Assembly (NCBI GenBank): GCA_965206595.1
Contig: OZ242214.1
Span: forward strand, 3,936,001-4,000,000
DNA from: Candidatus Latescibacterota bacterium
GTDB lineage: Bacteria; Latescibacterota; UBA2968; UBA8231
Length of the DNA: 64,000 nt
Direction: 5' to 3'
The notes beneath the pieces were generated by a model. It saw only the letters and a program-made list of their open reading frames with translations. It did not search any database and had not been told where the DNA came from. The translations under genes were made by a program, and so were the position numbers. Below, one piece after another: positions 11,354 to 22,023 of the stretch (positions are counted from its first letter, which is position 1; each line of letters opens with the position of its first letter).

Positions 11354-11893
11354 ATGAAATACATGGTCGCACTTGTTTTCGGTCTATCCGTTACCGCCAG
11401 TGGACCACATGCAGCAGTAGGATTACGTGTACCCAGCGGTCATGTGTTACCGCAGGGGATTGATGTTAAGCCCATGGCTCTACGGAAAGCAACGGGTAAG
11501 GAAACGAGATTTGGTTTACCTACCTACACTTTTTCCCTGGCACAGGCAAGCCAACAAACCCAACAAGGTTCCCTTTACACTATAGCGGATGGATACACTG
11601 CAGGGAGAATCACAGCTGAAGGCATGTCCACTACCGGTCATTTTCTCGGAGGATTTGCATGCGGATTCCTAACAAGACTGATTGGCACAGGAATTCTTTG
11701 GGGAGTTACTGGTGGGGACGATGTTCCTTTTCACTTAAATTCAGAAATTCAAGAGAAGGGTTCTGATTTCTCAATAGGATTTGTAAATGGATACATAGAG
11801 CGCACAAAGCAGAAGAAACGTGGCGCACGGCTTGGTGGAGGTCTACTTGGGACGGCTGGGTTTTTGGTTCTGTTTGTTTCTCTCAGCGACTAA
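11354..11893 (+). CDS. Hypothetical exported/membrane protein (low GC)
   Basis: GGAG RBS, signal-like N-terminus, Gly-rich hydrophobic segments. Confidence 0.6.
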   Translation: MKYMVALVFGLSVTASGPHAAVGLRVPSGHVLPQGIDVKPMALRKATGKETRFGLPTYTFSLAQASQQTQQGSLYTIADGYTAGRITAEGMSTTGHFLGGFACGFLTRLIGTGILWGVTGGDDVPFHLNSEIQEKGSDFSIGFVNGYIERTKQKKRGARLGGGLLGTAGFLVLFVSLSD

Positions 11894-12089
11894 TTGAATC
11901 AGCAACCTCCTTTACAGAGGTGAATTACAGTTGCGGGAATCCCCCCGTAGATGCCTGGCGTGTGTGCTTCCCAGTCAAATGTGTTACGAACGCTTAGCTC
12001 CTGTTGAACTTGACGTTCGTGTCCGGAGGTTTTACGCTTCCAGAAAATTCGATAGAAAGGATTCCCGATGACTGAGAAGGAGAAAACAA

Positions 12090-12416
12090 TTGAGCGATTT
12101 TCTACTCGATGTGCTCTCGTCCCTAGTGGGGCAAATTCTATTTTGCATAGGATTTGGTGGTGTGATAGGCTGGTTTGTGCGGAACCTGTTCACGGGAAGA
12201 AGGATTGCAGCCCTAGAGGAACAGGTAGCGGAACTCACTGCTAATCCTGAAGCAGAAGAGGAACCAAAGCGGGAGAAGACTCCTATTGCCGTAAATAGAA
12301 AATGCCCTTTAACTCCAAAAGAGCTTGTCGAATTGGCAAACAAGAGGACAACCGATTCATCAAGAGATGCTATATTCGAAGGATTTAAGGGGAATTGGCT
12401 CGAACTTCAGGGAGAA
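12090..12416 (+). pseudogene. Low-GC membrane-anchored hypothetical protein truncated by IS701
   Basis: AAGGAG RBS, N-terminal TM helix; the reading frame runs into the IS end at 12417. Confidence 0.55.
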
Positions 12417-12487
12417 CTGGACTTTTGCAAACTCCGCTTTTTTACACAAGTTTTAGGTGTGTGACGATTCTCTCCTGCGTCCACCCT

Positions 12488-12527
12488 ACTGTTATGGCCT
12501 GTTCGACACTGTTATGGCCTGTTCGAC
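12488..12527. repeat. Exact 20-bp tandem duplication inside the transposase 3' end
   Basis: ACTGTTATGGCCTGTTCGAC x2. Confidence 0.9.
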
Positions 12528-13687
12528 CGCCCAGGTGATGGTTTTGCTGAGCGTTTCTCGCGACACGGCTCGACAGGCTTCGCCAATGGTCGTCAGCACG
12601 CTATGAGCCCAGTCACGCGCACGGCCCTGCCGCATCCGTGCCATGAGCAGACTGTGCGTCAGCATCACGAGGTACCTATGCCGAGTCTGACCCTCGCCGC
12701 TTTTGTAACTGACAGTCTCCCATGCCCAGATGGTGCTTGCCGTCCCGATGAAAAGTCTCGGTGCCTGTCCAGCGTTTGCGATAAACATTCAGAATACGAC
12801 TGATCTCCCAGTGCACGCGATGGGTCAGTAGAAACTTGACCGCTTCCCTGCCGTTCTTGCGATCCCACAGGATCACCAAGCGAACCCGGTGCTCGAGCTT
12901 GGGCAGACTCAGGGTTTTGGTGAAATACCATTGTTTGCGCTTGCCGATGCTGACCTGTTTGCGATCCTCGGGTGGGATATTCGCAGCCACTTCGGCGGCC
13001 TTCATCAGGCCGCCCTTGAACTCGACCTTGCGGTTGCTCTTCAGGGCCCCTACGTAGCCGCGCTCATGACTATGGATGTGATCGAGACACTCGACACTGC
13101 TGAAGTAGCAGTCGAAGGCGAAATCGCCCGGGATCTGTCGGAACACGACCCCGTCCACCAGCTCTTTGAACAGCTCGGTATGGCTCTTGAAGGACGCGTC
13201 CGTCTCCCCTTCCTGGCGCTTGCGAAAGCGACGGAATTCCAACGGATAGTATGTCCCCGACGTGCACACGTAGTTGGCGATGACGTAGTCGTGGGCAATC
13301 CTATAGCGCTGGTCGGAGTGATCCCAAAACCAACCCACGTCCTCGATCTTTTCTCCGCTGTGGCCGACCAAGGTGTTGTCGATGGCCGATCACCCCGCGC
13401 GCCGAATAGCGCGTCGAGGGACGCTCCTGCAACCATTCCAGGCGATGTTCGTTGAGCCATTTCCCGTCCCACCGCACCTGCGTAATCCAGCGGTTCAGGC
13501 AGGATTGATCGGTGGTCTCGACGAACTCGGCGTTGATCGCCGATACATTTTTGCGTTCGGCCACCATCAACCCGGTCAGATACTCGGCGAAGTGACGGCG
13601 CTCCGGGGCGTTGGCGAAGATGCCGCCGAACTCTGCCACCGCTTCTTCAACCACCGTGGGAAAATCAACAATACCTGGCATGAACAA
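12492..13687 (-). pseudogene. IS701-family transposase, frameshifted
   Basis: Fragments 13301-13687, 12676-13371 and a tail in 12492-12788: YLTGLMVAERKN, FAFDCYFS, YRKRWTGTETFHRDGKHHLGMGDCQ. Confidence 0.8.
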
Positions 13688-13980
13688 CCTCTCTCATGGC
13701 CAGGGGAAACGAAGGCGGGGGATGCCTTCGTCCTACCAAACATACCAAGTTCCATCGAATTCGCGCTACCCTCTATCCTTGACCGATTATCCAGGAATTC
13801 TGCCTTTTGCAAAAGTCCAGGTGTCAATCTGACATGCCTCCCTGTTCCCAAGCTAAAACAGTGGGACAGGGGATGTCCAATTCTCTGCATTTCCTTCTAT
13901 TATGTTATACCATATTATCTTTAATTTCGCGGATGATATTACTTAAATTACCCTTGCTGAATTATGTATATAAATCCCCC

Positions 13981-14247
13981 GGAAAAACAACCGAGTCTGC
14001 GGAAGCCACCGTTTCGAGATCGGGTGGGCGCATTTCCGAACGCAGGCGATCCAGTAGCTGACGCGGGACCGGAACCGGCGGGGTCAGCTCGAATCGTTCG
14101 GGCTTCACTCGGGCCGGGAACCGGACCCGGACCAACCGCTCTTCCTTTGGCTGAGGCATGGGGACCAGCCACAAGGCAAGCCCGTGCAGGACGGCCGAGA
14201 CCAGGAGAGCTACAACGGCTCTGCGTTTTTCCCGGGTCTTCTTCATT
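13981..14247 (-). pseudogene. 5' fragment (TM helix plus repeat copy B) matching the gene whose 3' part lies at 7546-8495
   Basis: MKKTREKRRAVVALLVSAVLHGLALWLVP..RVKPERFELT..DSVVFP followed by an abrupt switch to AT-rich DNA. Confidence 0.7.
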
Positions 14248-14337
14248 TCATGGTGGCGGCTTCCTTGCCGCCCGCCGGATCGATCCGTACCATCGGCTCG
14301 CTCGCTGATCGCCCTGAGACAGAAGCCCCTGTTCCAA

Positions 14338-15453
14338 ATGAAGATAACCCGCATAAAGAGCTTCCTGACCGGCCGCTGCCTGCTGGTGCGCGTGTACACC
14401 GACAAGGACCTGGTCGGCAACGGCGAGGCCGGGCTATGGGCCCACCACCCGGTCGTCGCCGCGGCGATCGAGGAGCTGGGGGAGTATTTCGTCGGCAGGG
14501 ACCCGCGCCGGATCGAGCACCACTTCCAGACGGTCTCGCGCAGCGCCCACTTCACCGGTCCGGTGCTGAGCGCCGCGCTCAGCGCCATCGACATCGCCCT
14601 CTGGGACATCCTCGGCAAGGAGGCGGGGCTGCCGGTCTACCAGCTGCTCGGAGGCAAGTGCCGAGACAAGGTCGCGGTGTTCGGCGGCATCGGCGGCTCC
14701 TCCCTTGAAGAGGTAGGCGAGTCGGCGCGGCAGGCGGTCGCCGCCGGCTACACCACCCTGCGGCTCGGTCCCTTCTTTCCCGGCTTCGAGCAGCGGACCT
14801 CCGCCGAGGTCGTCGACGATGCCGTCGCCATGGTCGCGGCGGCGCGGGAGGCTGCCGGGGACCGTGTCGACCTCGGGGTCGAAATCCACCGCAACCTCAG
14901 GCCGGACGAGGCCATCACCCTCGCTGCCGAGCTGAGGCCGTTCCGGCTGAAGTTCTACGAGGACCCCCTGGTGCCGGAAAGCGAGGAAGCCCTCGAGTAC
15001 ATCGCCGCCCACGTCGACATTCCGCTGGCGGTCGGCGAACGCAGCTACGGCATCTTTCAGTTCAAGGAGCTCATCGACAGGAAGGTCGCCAGCTTCATCC
15101 GCGCCGACCTGTCGCTGGCCGGCGGCTTCACGCAGGTGAAGAAGATCGCCGCGATAGCCGAGTCCGCCCTCGTGCAGCTGTTCCCCCACCTGATGGGCAG
15201 CCCCGTCAACGGAGCCGCCTTCGCCCATCTCGCCGCGGCCATTCCCAACTACGCCTTCATGGAGTCGCAGCGGCACCTCGGGATCGCCGCGGAGCTGGTC
15301 GACGAGCCGTTCGCCGAGGAAGGCGGATTCCGCGAGATCCGCAAACGCCCCGGCATCGGCGTCGAAATCGACGAGAGGGCGTGCGCGGAAATCCCGTTCG
15401 AGCCGGTGAAGATCAGCGGCCCATTACACGCCGACGGCTCGGTCGCCCACTGA
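14338..15453 (+). CDS. Mandelate racemase/muconate lactonizing (enolase superfamily) enzyme, galactonate dehydratase-like
   Basis: GNGEA, ALSAIDIALWDILGK..LPVYQLLGGKCRD, FYEDP, AVGER, PGIGVEIDE. Confidence 0.88.
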   Translation: MKITRIKSFLTGRCLLVRVYTDKDLVGNGEAGLWAHHPVVAAAIEELGEYFVGRDPRRIEHHFQTVSRSAHFTGPVLSAALSAIDIALWDILGKEAGLPVYQLLGGKCRDKVAVFGGIGGSSLEEVGESARQAVAAGYTTLRLGPFFPGFEQRTSAEVVDDAVAMVAAAREAAGDRVDLGVEIHRNLRPDEAITLAAELRPFRLKFYEDPLVPESEEALEYIAAHVDIPLAVGERSYGIFQFKELIDRKVASFIRADLSLAGGFTQVKKIAAIAESALVQLFPHLMGSPVNGAAFAHLAAAIPNYAFMESQRHLGIAAELVDEPFAEEGGFREIRKRPGIGVEIDERACAEIPFEPVKISGPLHADGSVAH

Positions 15454-15476
15454 GCGCGGGCAGGCGCCCCTCCGGT

Positions 15477-17021
15477 CTACTGATCCTCGAGCGTCGGGTA
15501 GAACGGCAGCGGCTTGTCGTTCGGCGCCACGCCTATGATCTCGTCCCCTCTCCAGGCGAACTCGTAGGTATCCCCGGCCGGCATGGTCTCCGAGGTGCGC
15601 CTCTCCGGCAGCCCGTAGCGCAGCACCACCCGGCTTCCCCGCTTCAGTCTCTGCCTCGGGATGCAGGCCCAGGCCCCCTTCATCCCCGCCTCCACCGCTT
15701 CGCCGTCGACGGACAGGCTCACCCGGTCCGCCCACCCGGGAACGCGCACGAAGAGGTGGTCCTCCACCCGGGGGGTGATCGTCACCGCGGCCTCGCGGTC
15801 GCGCGCCACCGCGACCTCGGCGTCCGGCCCCTCGCAGTCGAAATGCATGTTGACGAACAGCCCGGCATCCTGACGGGAGATGACGTTCCGGTAGATGGCG
15901 CTGAAGGTGTGCACGACTTCGGCGGTGCCGCTCGGGTTGAACCCCTTGCCGGCGTGCGGGTAGTCGTTGGCCCCCCAGCCGCCGATCGCCTTGTCCGCTA
16001 TCTCGACGCCGGGATTGCGGCGCCGGTCCGCCTCCGTGGTCTGCCCGGGAAACAGCCGCGCCCGCACCAGGCGCTCGACGTCGTCGTAGCACTCCGCCCT
16101 GCCGGTGTGCATCGCCATCCACAGGGCGAGGCGGGCAGCGGCTCCGGTCGATTCGGTGTTGGCGAGCGGATTCCCGGTCCTGTCGGGGAAGCGCAGAACC
16201 CCGAGATCGTGGGCGACCCATCCGCACTCGTTGACGATCTCCGGCACTCCGACCTCGTAAGTTCGGACCACGGCGTCGACGTAGCACGACTGGCGCGTCG
16301 TCAGGCCGAACAGCAACAGCCCGCAGAGGGTGTACAGGTGGGACTGGCGGTCCCCCGGGGCGCTGTCCGCCGCGGTCAGGTAACCCGGGATGCGGCCCTC
16401 TTCGGCGACCGCGTATTCCAGGTGGAAGCGCGCCAGACGCTCGCCGAGGTCGAGGGCGAGGTCGTCTCCCGTCCAGCGGTAGTACCAGACCAGCGCCTCG
16501 ATGCAGCGGCCGTGGCTCACCGTCTTCTGGAACCGGTTCTCGTTGAACGGGGTGTGCCCGGCGTCCCGGTGCTCGACCTCGTCGAAATGGCGGGCGTAGT
16601 CGAACCTGCCGACGTCCCAGGAGAAGTCCGGCGCCAGACCGTTGCGGATGCTTTCGAGATAGCGGCGGCCGACCCGCCGGGCCCAGGCGCTGCCGCGGAA
16701 CTTCGCCAGGGCGGCAAAGGTCAGGATGCCCTCGCGCAGGCTGTGGAACTCGAACTTGACCGGGTGCCAGTAGAGGCCGGGCGGGACCCAGAGCAGCCCG
16801 TCCGGGTTGTCGGTGAGCCAGTGCAGGTTGGCCAGGTTCCCCCCCTCGATGTGTCCGGGGATCTCGAACCCGGTCGCGTCCTCGAGGCGCAGCATGGCGT
16901 CCCACCAGCGCCCGAGGTCGTGGGTGATCGCCCAGCTTCCCGTGGGCAGCCAGTTCCGGTCCGGGTCGAGCCACCCGAGCAGGTGGCGGCCCCCGAGTTC
17001 CAGCGATTCCTTCAGCTTCAT
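15477..17021 (-). CDS. Hypothetical protein, GH127/six-hairpin glycosidase-like
   Basis: Helical catalytic-type region (YDDVERLVRARL) followed by LFVRVPGWA..VDGEAV beta domains typical of the GH127 C-terminus. Confidence 0.6.
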   Translation of the reverse strand: MKLKESLELGGRHLLGWLDPDRNWLPTGSWAITHDLGRWWDAMLRLEDATGFEIPGHIEGGNLANLHWLTDNPDGLLWVPPGLYWHPVKFEFHSLREGILTFAALAKFRGSAWARRVGRRYLESIRNGLAPDFSWDVGRFDYARHFDEVEHRDAGHTPFNENRFQKTVSHGRCIEALVWYYRWTGDDLALDLGERLARFHLEYAVAEEGRIPGYLTAADSAPGDRQSHLYTLCGLLLFGLTTRQSCYVDAVVRTYEVGVPEIVNECGWVAHDLGVLRFPDRTGNPLANTESTGAAARLALWMAMHTGRAECYDDVERLVRARLFPGQTTEADRRRNPGVEIADKAIGGWGANDYPHAGKGFNPSGTAEVVHTFSAIYRNVISRQDAGLFVNMHFDCEGPDAEVAVARDREAAVTITPRVEDHLFVRVPGWADRVSLSVDGEAVEAGMKGAWACIPRQRLKRGSRVVLRYGLPERRTSETMPAGDTYEFAWRGDEIIGVAPNDKPLPFYPTLEDQ

Positions 17022-17277
17022 CTCGTCCTGTCCTCAAACCGGCCGCGCGCCAGGCGCCGTCCATTCCGTCGGTCCGTTCCTGAAACCAGATACCGCCTCG
17101 CGCCGCCGGTTGCTTGACCGAGCATGTCGTAATGCGGTTGGTACGCTTCTGTTGCTGCAGAACACAGTGCCGGTGAAGGTCGCTTTGCCTGCGAGGCCGG
17201 GCAACGCGGAAACCTGCCGCTTCCGGCTGGACGCGCCGCTGCCCCGCAGCGCGATGCAAAACGACGGGGAATCGACC

Positions 17278-18306
17278 ATGACAGCTCCGAACCGGGTTCG
17301 CGTCGGCATGTACGGCGCTGGCGGACACGCGGTCACCCAACATCTTCCCAACCTGAAATCCATCGCCGCCGCGGATGTCGTCGCCGTCTGCGACATCGAC
17401 GGCGAAAAGGCCCGTTCCGCGGCCTCCGGGTTCGACATCCCCGCCTTCTACACCGACGGCCTCGAGATGGTGGAGAAGGAATCCCTCGACGCCCTGTGGT
17501 CGCTGGTGCCGGCGGCCGCCCGGCCCGCGGTCGAGATCGCCGCGGCCGAAAAAGGGGCCCACCTCTTCTGCGAGAAGCCGCAGGCCCTCGACATCAAGAC
17601 CGCCCTCGACATCGACGATGCCCTGAAGCGCTCAGGCCTGCTCGGCACCGTCTGCTTCCGCGAGCGCTACCGGCCGATCTTCCAGGAGGCGAAACGGCTG
17701 CTCGCGGACAAGGAGATCGTCCACGTCCGCTTCCAGAGCATTGACAGACTGCCGCCGCTCGACCCGGACGCCGATACCCCGGGCTGGGAGAGAATCATCG
17801 AGTGCCACGCCAACTCTCTCGGGTGGGGGCCGCACGCCATCGACTACATCCGCTTCGTCAGCGGCCTCGACGTCGAGACGGCGCAGGCCTTCTTCTGCGA
17901 GCGCGGCCCCTACCGCGTGCCGCTGTCGGCTCCCTGCAGCTTCCGCCTCTCCAACGGCGCCACCATGAGCATGACCTTCCTCCAGACCTCGCCGGCGTAC
18001 CCGGCGAACGAGCCCTGGTTCCTGTTCTACTACGAGGGCGGGTACCTGGCCATCCACCACGGGTACTCGCACATCGAGATGAACGGCGAAACCGTGTACG
18101 TGTCGGAGGAGTTCCAGCCCTGGCGGGTGCTGGACCGCACTTTCGTCGAGGCGATCCGCAGCGGCAGCGGGAGCACGCTGCGCAGCGATTTCAGCGACGG
18201 GCTCAGGACCCTGGCGCCGCTGCTGGCGGCATGGGAATCGGCCCGCAAAGGGGGCGTGCCGGTCGACGTCGACGCCTTCGTCGCCGCCAGCCGCGCCGCC
18301 TCCTGA
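17278..18306 (+). CDS. Gfo/Idh/MocA-family oxidoreductase
   Basis: GMYGAG, VAVCD, HLFCEKP, HAIDY. Confidence 0.88.
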   Translation: MTAPNRVRVGMYGAGGHAVTQHLPNLKSIAAADVVAVCDIDGEKARSAASGFDIPAFYTDGLEMVEKESLDALWSLVPAAARPAVEIAAAEKGAHLFCEKPQALDIKTALDIDDALKRSGLLGTVCFRERYRPIFQEAKRLLADKEIVHVRFQSIDRLPPLDPDADTPGWERIIECHANSLGWGPHAIDYIRFVSGLDVETAQAFFCERGPYRVPLSAPCSFRLSNGATMSMTFLQTSPAYPANEPWFLFYYEGGYLAIHHGYSHIEMNGETVYVSEEFQPWRVLDRTFVEAIRSGSGSTLRSDFSDGLRTLAPLLAAWESARKGGVPVDVDAFVAASRAAS

Positions 18307-18517
18307 TCTCCTGACTCAAAAAAATCTTGCCGTTCTTCCGCCCCTCAATACCGCTTCGGGGCCTTGCCCTCGCTCAGGCCCCTTTCCTCCCGGGGGGGAC
18401 GGGACTGTAGCGCGCCGCTTGCAGGCCGAGTCGAATACAACAAGGCGCGGTCCCCCCGCGGAGACCGGTGGGATGCGGGCCGAATCGAGTTTCACACCAT
18501 GGCAACGGAGGATTCGC

Positions 18518-19402
18518 ATGGCGCTTGGAGAAGGTGATTTCAGGTACGAGCTGGTCGACGGCTGGGCGAAATACCCGGAAGGCTGGGTGCCCGCGCAGGT
18601 CTCGGACGCCGCCGTCGATTCGAAGGGGCGCATCTTCATCTTCACGCGCGGGGTTCACCCGATCATCGTCTTCGACAGGGAGGGCAACTTCGTCACCTCC
18701 TGGGGATACGGCGACTTCGGGGTCTCGCCGCACCTGGTCAGCCAGTCGCACGGCATCTTCATCGGCTCGGACGACGAGGTCTACCTCACCGATTCCCTGC
18801 AGCACATCGTGCGCCGCTACAGCCTGCTCGGGGAGATGCAGCGGGAGTGGGGCACCCGGGGGGTCGCCGGCGTCACCTACTACCGGCGGCAGTTCAACAT
18901 GCCGACCGGCGTGGCCATCGGCCCGGACGGCTCGATCTACGTCTCCGACGGCTACGCCAACCGTTGCGTGCACAAGTACTCGAAGGAGGGAGAACACCTG
19001 CTCACCTGGGGCGAGCCCGGCTCCGGCCCCGGGCAGTTCGCCGTCGTCCACAACCTCGACTGCGACCGCGACGGTCGCGTGCTCGTCTGCGACCGCGAGA
19101 ACGACCGCATCCAGGTTTTCGATCCGGACGGGGCCTTCATCGACCAGTGGAGGGACCTGTCGATGCCCGGGGACGTCTGGGTCGGCGGGGACGGCATGAT
19201 CTACGTCGTCGAGCAGGGCGGCTTCGGGCGCGCCGGCGTCCGGACCCCCGAAGGGGAGTGCGTCAGCCGCTTCTCCGGCTCCGCCGGGGGAGTGCTGGAG
19301 TCGCCGCACGGACTCTGCGTCGACGGCGAGGGCAGTATCTACGTCGCCGAGATCGGCGACGGCGACCTGGGGCAGCGCGTCCAGAAATTCGCCCGCGTGT
19401 AG
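18518..19402 (+). CDS. NHL-repeat protein (peptidyl-alpha-hydroxyglycine amidating lyase-like)
   Basis: FNMPTGVAIGPDGSIYVSDGYAN, GPGQFAVVHN, DRENDRIQVF. Confidence 0.88.
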   Translation: MALGEGDFRYELVDGWAKYPEGWVPAQVSDAAVDSKGRIFIFTRGVHPIIVFDREGNFVTSWGYGDFGVSPHLVSQSHGIFIGSDDEVYLTDSLQHIVRRYSLLGEMQREWGTRGVAGVTYYRRQFNMPTGVAIGPDGSIYVSDGYANRCVHKYSKEGEHLLTWGEPGSGPGQFAVVHNLDCDRDGRVLVCDRENDRIQVFDPDGAFIDQWRDLSMPGDVWVGGDGMIYVVEQGGFGRAGVRTPEGECVSRFSGSAGGVLESPHGLCVDGEGSIYVAEIGDGDLGQRVQKFARV

Positions 19403-19553
19403 CGCGGCGCAGCGAGCGGGTCGGAAGAAGTCCGGCGAGCCACCGGGAAGACCGGTGGCGGACACTGCGGCTGCGCGGAACGGGCAAGAAACCAGAACCT
19501 GCCCTGCCTCGTGTCAGGCAGGGATTGAAAGGGAGGGAGGGAGGGAGGAACCC

Positions 19554-20762
19554 ATGGCAGTTTCCCGCGAAACGCTCGCCGGACGCATCGGCAAGGTGCA
19601 GCAGTTCCTGGAGGAAGAGGACCTCGGGGCGCTGTTCGTCTACTCGCCGGCGATGGAGCACATGTGGGGGCAGACCGGCCACGTCGCCTACCTGTCGGGG
19701 TGGGCGGACCACGACCGCATCGTCGATTCCGCCGTCGTCGTCCCGCGGGTGGGAGAGGCGGCGCTGATGTTCGCCGGCATGCCCTACATGCGCGACCTCG
19801 CCATGGAGGTGTCCCCCCTCGACGACGTGCGCCTCGTCACCGCGGTCGATCCCAACGCCGTGGCGGTCGACGCGCGCAAGCCGGGAGCCCCGCGGAGCTT
19901 CGCCTCCGAAACCCTGGCGATCCTCGACGAAAGCGGCTTCGGCCACCGGCAGGTCGGCGTCGTCGGCATCGACAACATGCCGCAGCCGTTCCACCAGTCC
20001 CTGGTCCGCGAGCTCGGCGCCAGGTTCGCCGCGCCCCGCGACATCGTCGCCGGGCTGCGCTACGCCAAGTCGCCCGACGAGGTCGAGATGATGCGCCAGG
20101 CCGCGGCGCTCAGCGATCTCGGCTTCGAGACCCTCGTGAAGACCGCCCGCCCCGGCATGCGCGGCATCGAGGTCGTCGCCGAGATGGAGCGCGTCATCCG
20201 CAGGCAGGGGGCCGATGTCGCCAAATACTGGATCGCCTCCGGGCCGGCGCCGGACTGGTCCGACGTCAGGCTCGAGGTCAAGCCCCACATGCGGGTGCTG
20301 GAAGCCGGCGACCTGATGGCGGCCTGTTCCTACGTCGTCTTCAACGGCTACTGGTGCCACGGCCAGCGCAGCGGCTCCCTCGGCGAGCCGTGCGCCGAGC
20401 TCGAGCGCATCTGCGCGCTGACGCGGGAAGCCCAGGACGCCGGCCTCGAGGTGATGAAGCCGGGCGCTCCCGTGGGCGGCGTCGCCAGGGCGGTGCGGGA
20501 GAAGGCCGCCGAGAGCGGCTGGGAGATCCAGGGCGGCCGCATCGGCCACGGCATGGGGCTCGACTACAGCGAGAGCCCGGTGCTGAACGAGAGCAACGAG
20601 ATTCCGCTGCAGGCCGGCACCACCGCAGTCGTGCACTCGACCTACTCGCTGCCCGGCTCGGGGAAGATGTTCGTCCCCCTCGGCGACGTCTGCCACGTGA
20701 CCGCAAGCGGCCCGGAGTTCCTGATGTCCTTTCAGCGCGAGCCGTTCGTCGCCGGCGGGTAA
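19554..20762 (+). CDS. M24-family (Xaa-Pro aminopeptidase/creatinase-like) protein
   Basis: KSPDEVEMMRQAA, GHGMGLDYSESP, pita-bread-fold C-terminus. Confidence 0.8.
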   Translation: MAVSRETLAGRIGKVQQFLEEEDLGALFVYSPAMEHMWGQTGHVAYLSGWADHDRIVDSAVVVPRVGEAALMFAGMPYMRDLAMEVSPLDDVRLVTAVDPNAVAVDARKPGAPRSFASETLAILDESGFGHRQVGVVGIDNMPQPFHQSLVRELGARFAAPRDIVAGLRYAKSPDEVEMMRQAAALSDLGFETLVKTARPGMRGIEVVAEMERVIRRQGADVAKYWIASGPAPDWSDVRLEVKPHMRVLEAGDLMAACSYVVFNGYWCHGQRSGSLGEPCAELERICALTREAQDAGLEVMKPGAPVGGVARAVREKAAESGWEIQGGRIGHGMGLDYSESPVLNESNEIPLQAGTTAVVHSTYSLPGSGKMFVPLGDVCHVTASGPEFLMSFQREPFVAGG

Positions 20763-20949
20763 GGGGGCAGCGGCAATTGCAGGCCCTCTCCATTGACCAG
20801 GTTCGATGCTCTCTCTATGATGGTATACGTTTGTTCATTATCATTTTCGGTGTCATCGATATGGCATTCACATGGCGGGGTGATCCAACATGCGGTATCC
20901 TCAGGTACCAAGCCTTTCGCAGCCAATTCTCCGTGAAGCAAACTCCTCA

Positions 20950-21819
20950 ATGGTTTCCTCGAAGCTGACCGAGCCCGATACGTACTTGCAGCCTTACCTG
21001 GTTACTTCCAAAGGGACTCTCTTCAACTCGGACTGTCTCGATATTCTGCCTTTGCTACGCTCGGAGTCGATTCACACGGTCTTCGCCGATCCCCCCTTCA
21101 ACCTCAACAAGGAATACGGCAACGGTTTTTCCGACTCCTGGACGGATGATGATTATCTCGCCTGGTGTTTGCGCTGGATCGAAGAGTGTTGCCGCGTACT
21201 CGTCGATGGCGGGGCGCTGTTCATCTATTCCTTGCCCAGGTGGGCTTTCCATCTCGCGCACCACCTGGATAGCCATCCCATGCAATTCCGGCACTGGATC
21301 GCCCTGAGCATGAAGGGCACCTACCCCCGAGGGAAAAAGCTGTACCCGGCTCACTACGCCCTGCTCTATTTCACCAAGGGCGAGCCTCGCATCTACAACC
21401 GCCTGCGCGTTCCGGTACCCCAGTGCCGGCATTGCGGCAAGGATATCAAGGATTACGGGGGACACCGAAAAGCCCTGAACCCGGACGGGCTCAACTTGAC
21501 CGACTTCTGGGACGACACCTCACCGGTCCGGCACCGCAAGTTCAAGGTCCGCCCCGGGATCAACGAACTGAAACCCGTCATTCCCGGACGCGCCATCCTG
21601 ATGTCGAGCGAACCCGGCGATGTCGTACTTGATCCGTTCGGAGGTGGAGGCAGTACCTATCAACAGGCCGAGCTCAACGACCGCAAGTGGCTCGGAATGG
21701 AGATCGGGGACTGCTCCATAATCCGTGAACGACTTACCGACCTGACCGTAAAGCTCGACGCCAAACGGTTACCCGGGGAATTTCCCGGCCTCTTCACCGT
21801 ACCTGTGAAATGCCTGTAA
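20950..21819 (+). CDS. Site-specific DNA methyltransferase (N4-C/N6-A, beta class)
   Basis: Motif IV FADPPFN precedes motif I VLDPFGGGGST; CRHC insert; lower GC than neighbours. Confidence 0.9.
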   Translation: MVSSKLTEPDTYLQPYLVTSKGTLFNSDCLDILPLLRSESIHTVFADPPFNLNKEYGNGFSDSWTDDDYLAWCLRWIEECCRVLVDGGALFIYSLPRWAFHLAHHLDSHPMQFRHWIALSMKGTYPRGKKLYPAHYALLYFTKGEPRIYNRLRVPVPQCRHCGKDIKDYGGHRKALNPDGLNLTDFWDDTSPVRHRKFKVRPGINELKPVIPGRAILMSSEPGDVVLDPFGGGGSTYQQAELNDRKWLGMEIGDCSIIRERLTDLTVKLDAKRLPGEFPGLFTVPVKCL

Positions 21820-22023
21820 TAACCGAGGAGAGATACTACAATTGCCATTGTCGCAGTGGAACGCGCTCGAGCCGAAGATATGCCGTTGGCCATTCTTGCC
21901 ATTCACCACGATGGCCCTGGGGATGCCCTGCCGAAAAAGCGTACTCGGCAGGGGCGTATCGAGTAGCCGGTTCGCAGGATCCGTTTTCCTCCCATCGCCT
22001 GAACGCCCTGAACCAGCTGACCC

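Larger units (their letters stand above)
12417..13820 (-). mobile_element. IS701-family insertion sequence (degenerate)
   Basis: Terminal inverted repeats CTGGACTTTTGCAAA (12417) and TTTGCAAAAGTCCAG (ending 13820) enclose a DDE transposase; no matching target duplication seen. Confidence 0.8.

Noticed and set aside
9480-12420. Possible integron cassette array of low-GC ORFs
   Set aside because: Genes lie on both strands, with no repeated attC-like sites and no integrase
13831-13877. Imperfect hairpin just outside the IS701 end
   Set aside because: Single copy with no assignable function; could be an ordinary terminator remnant
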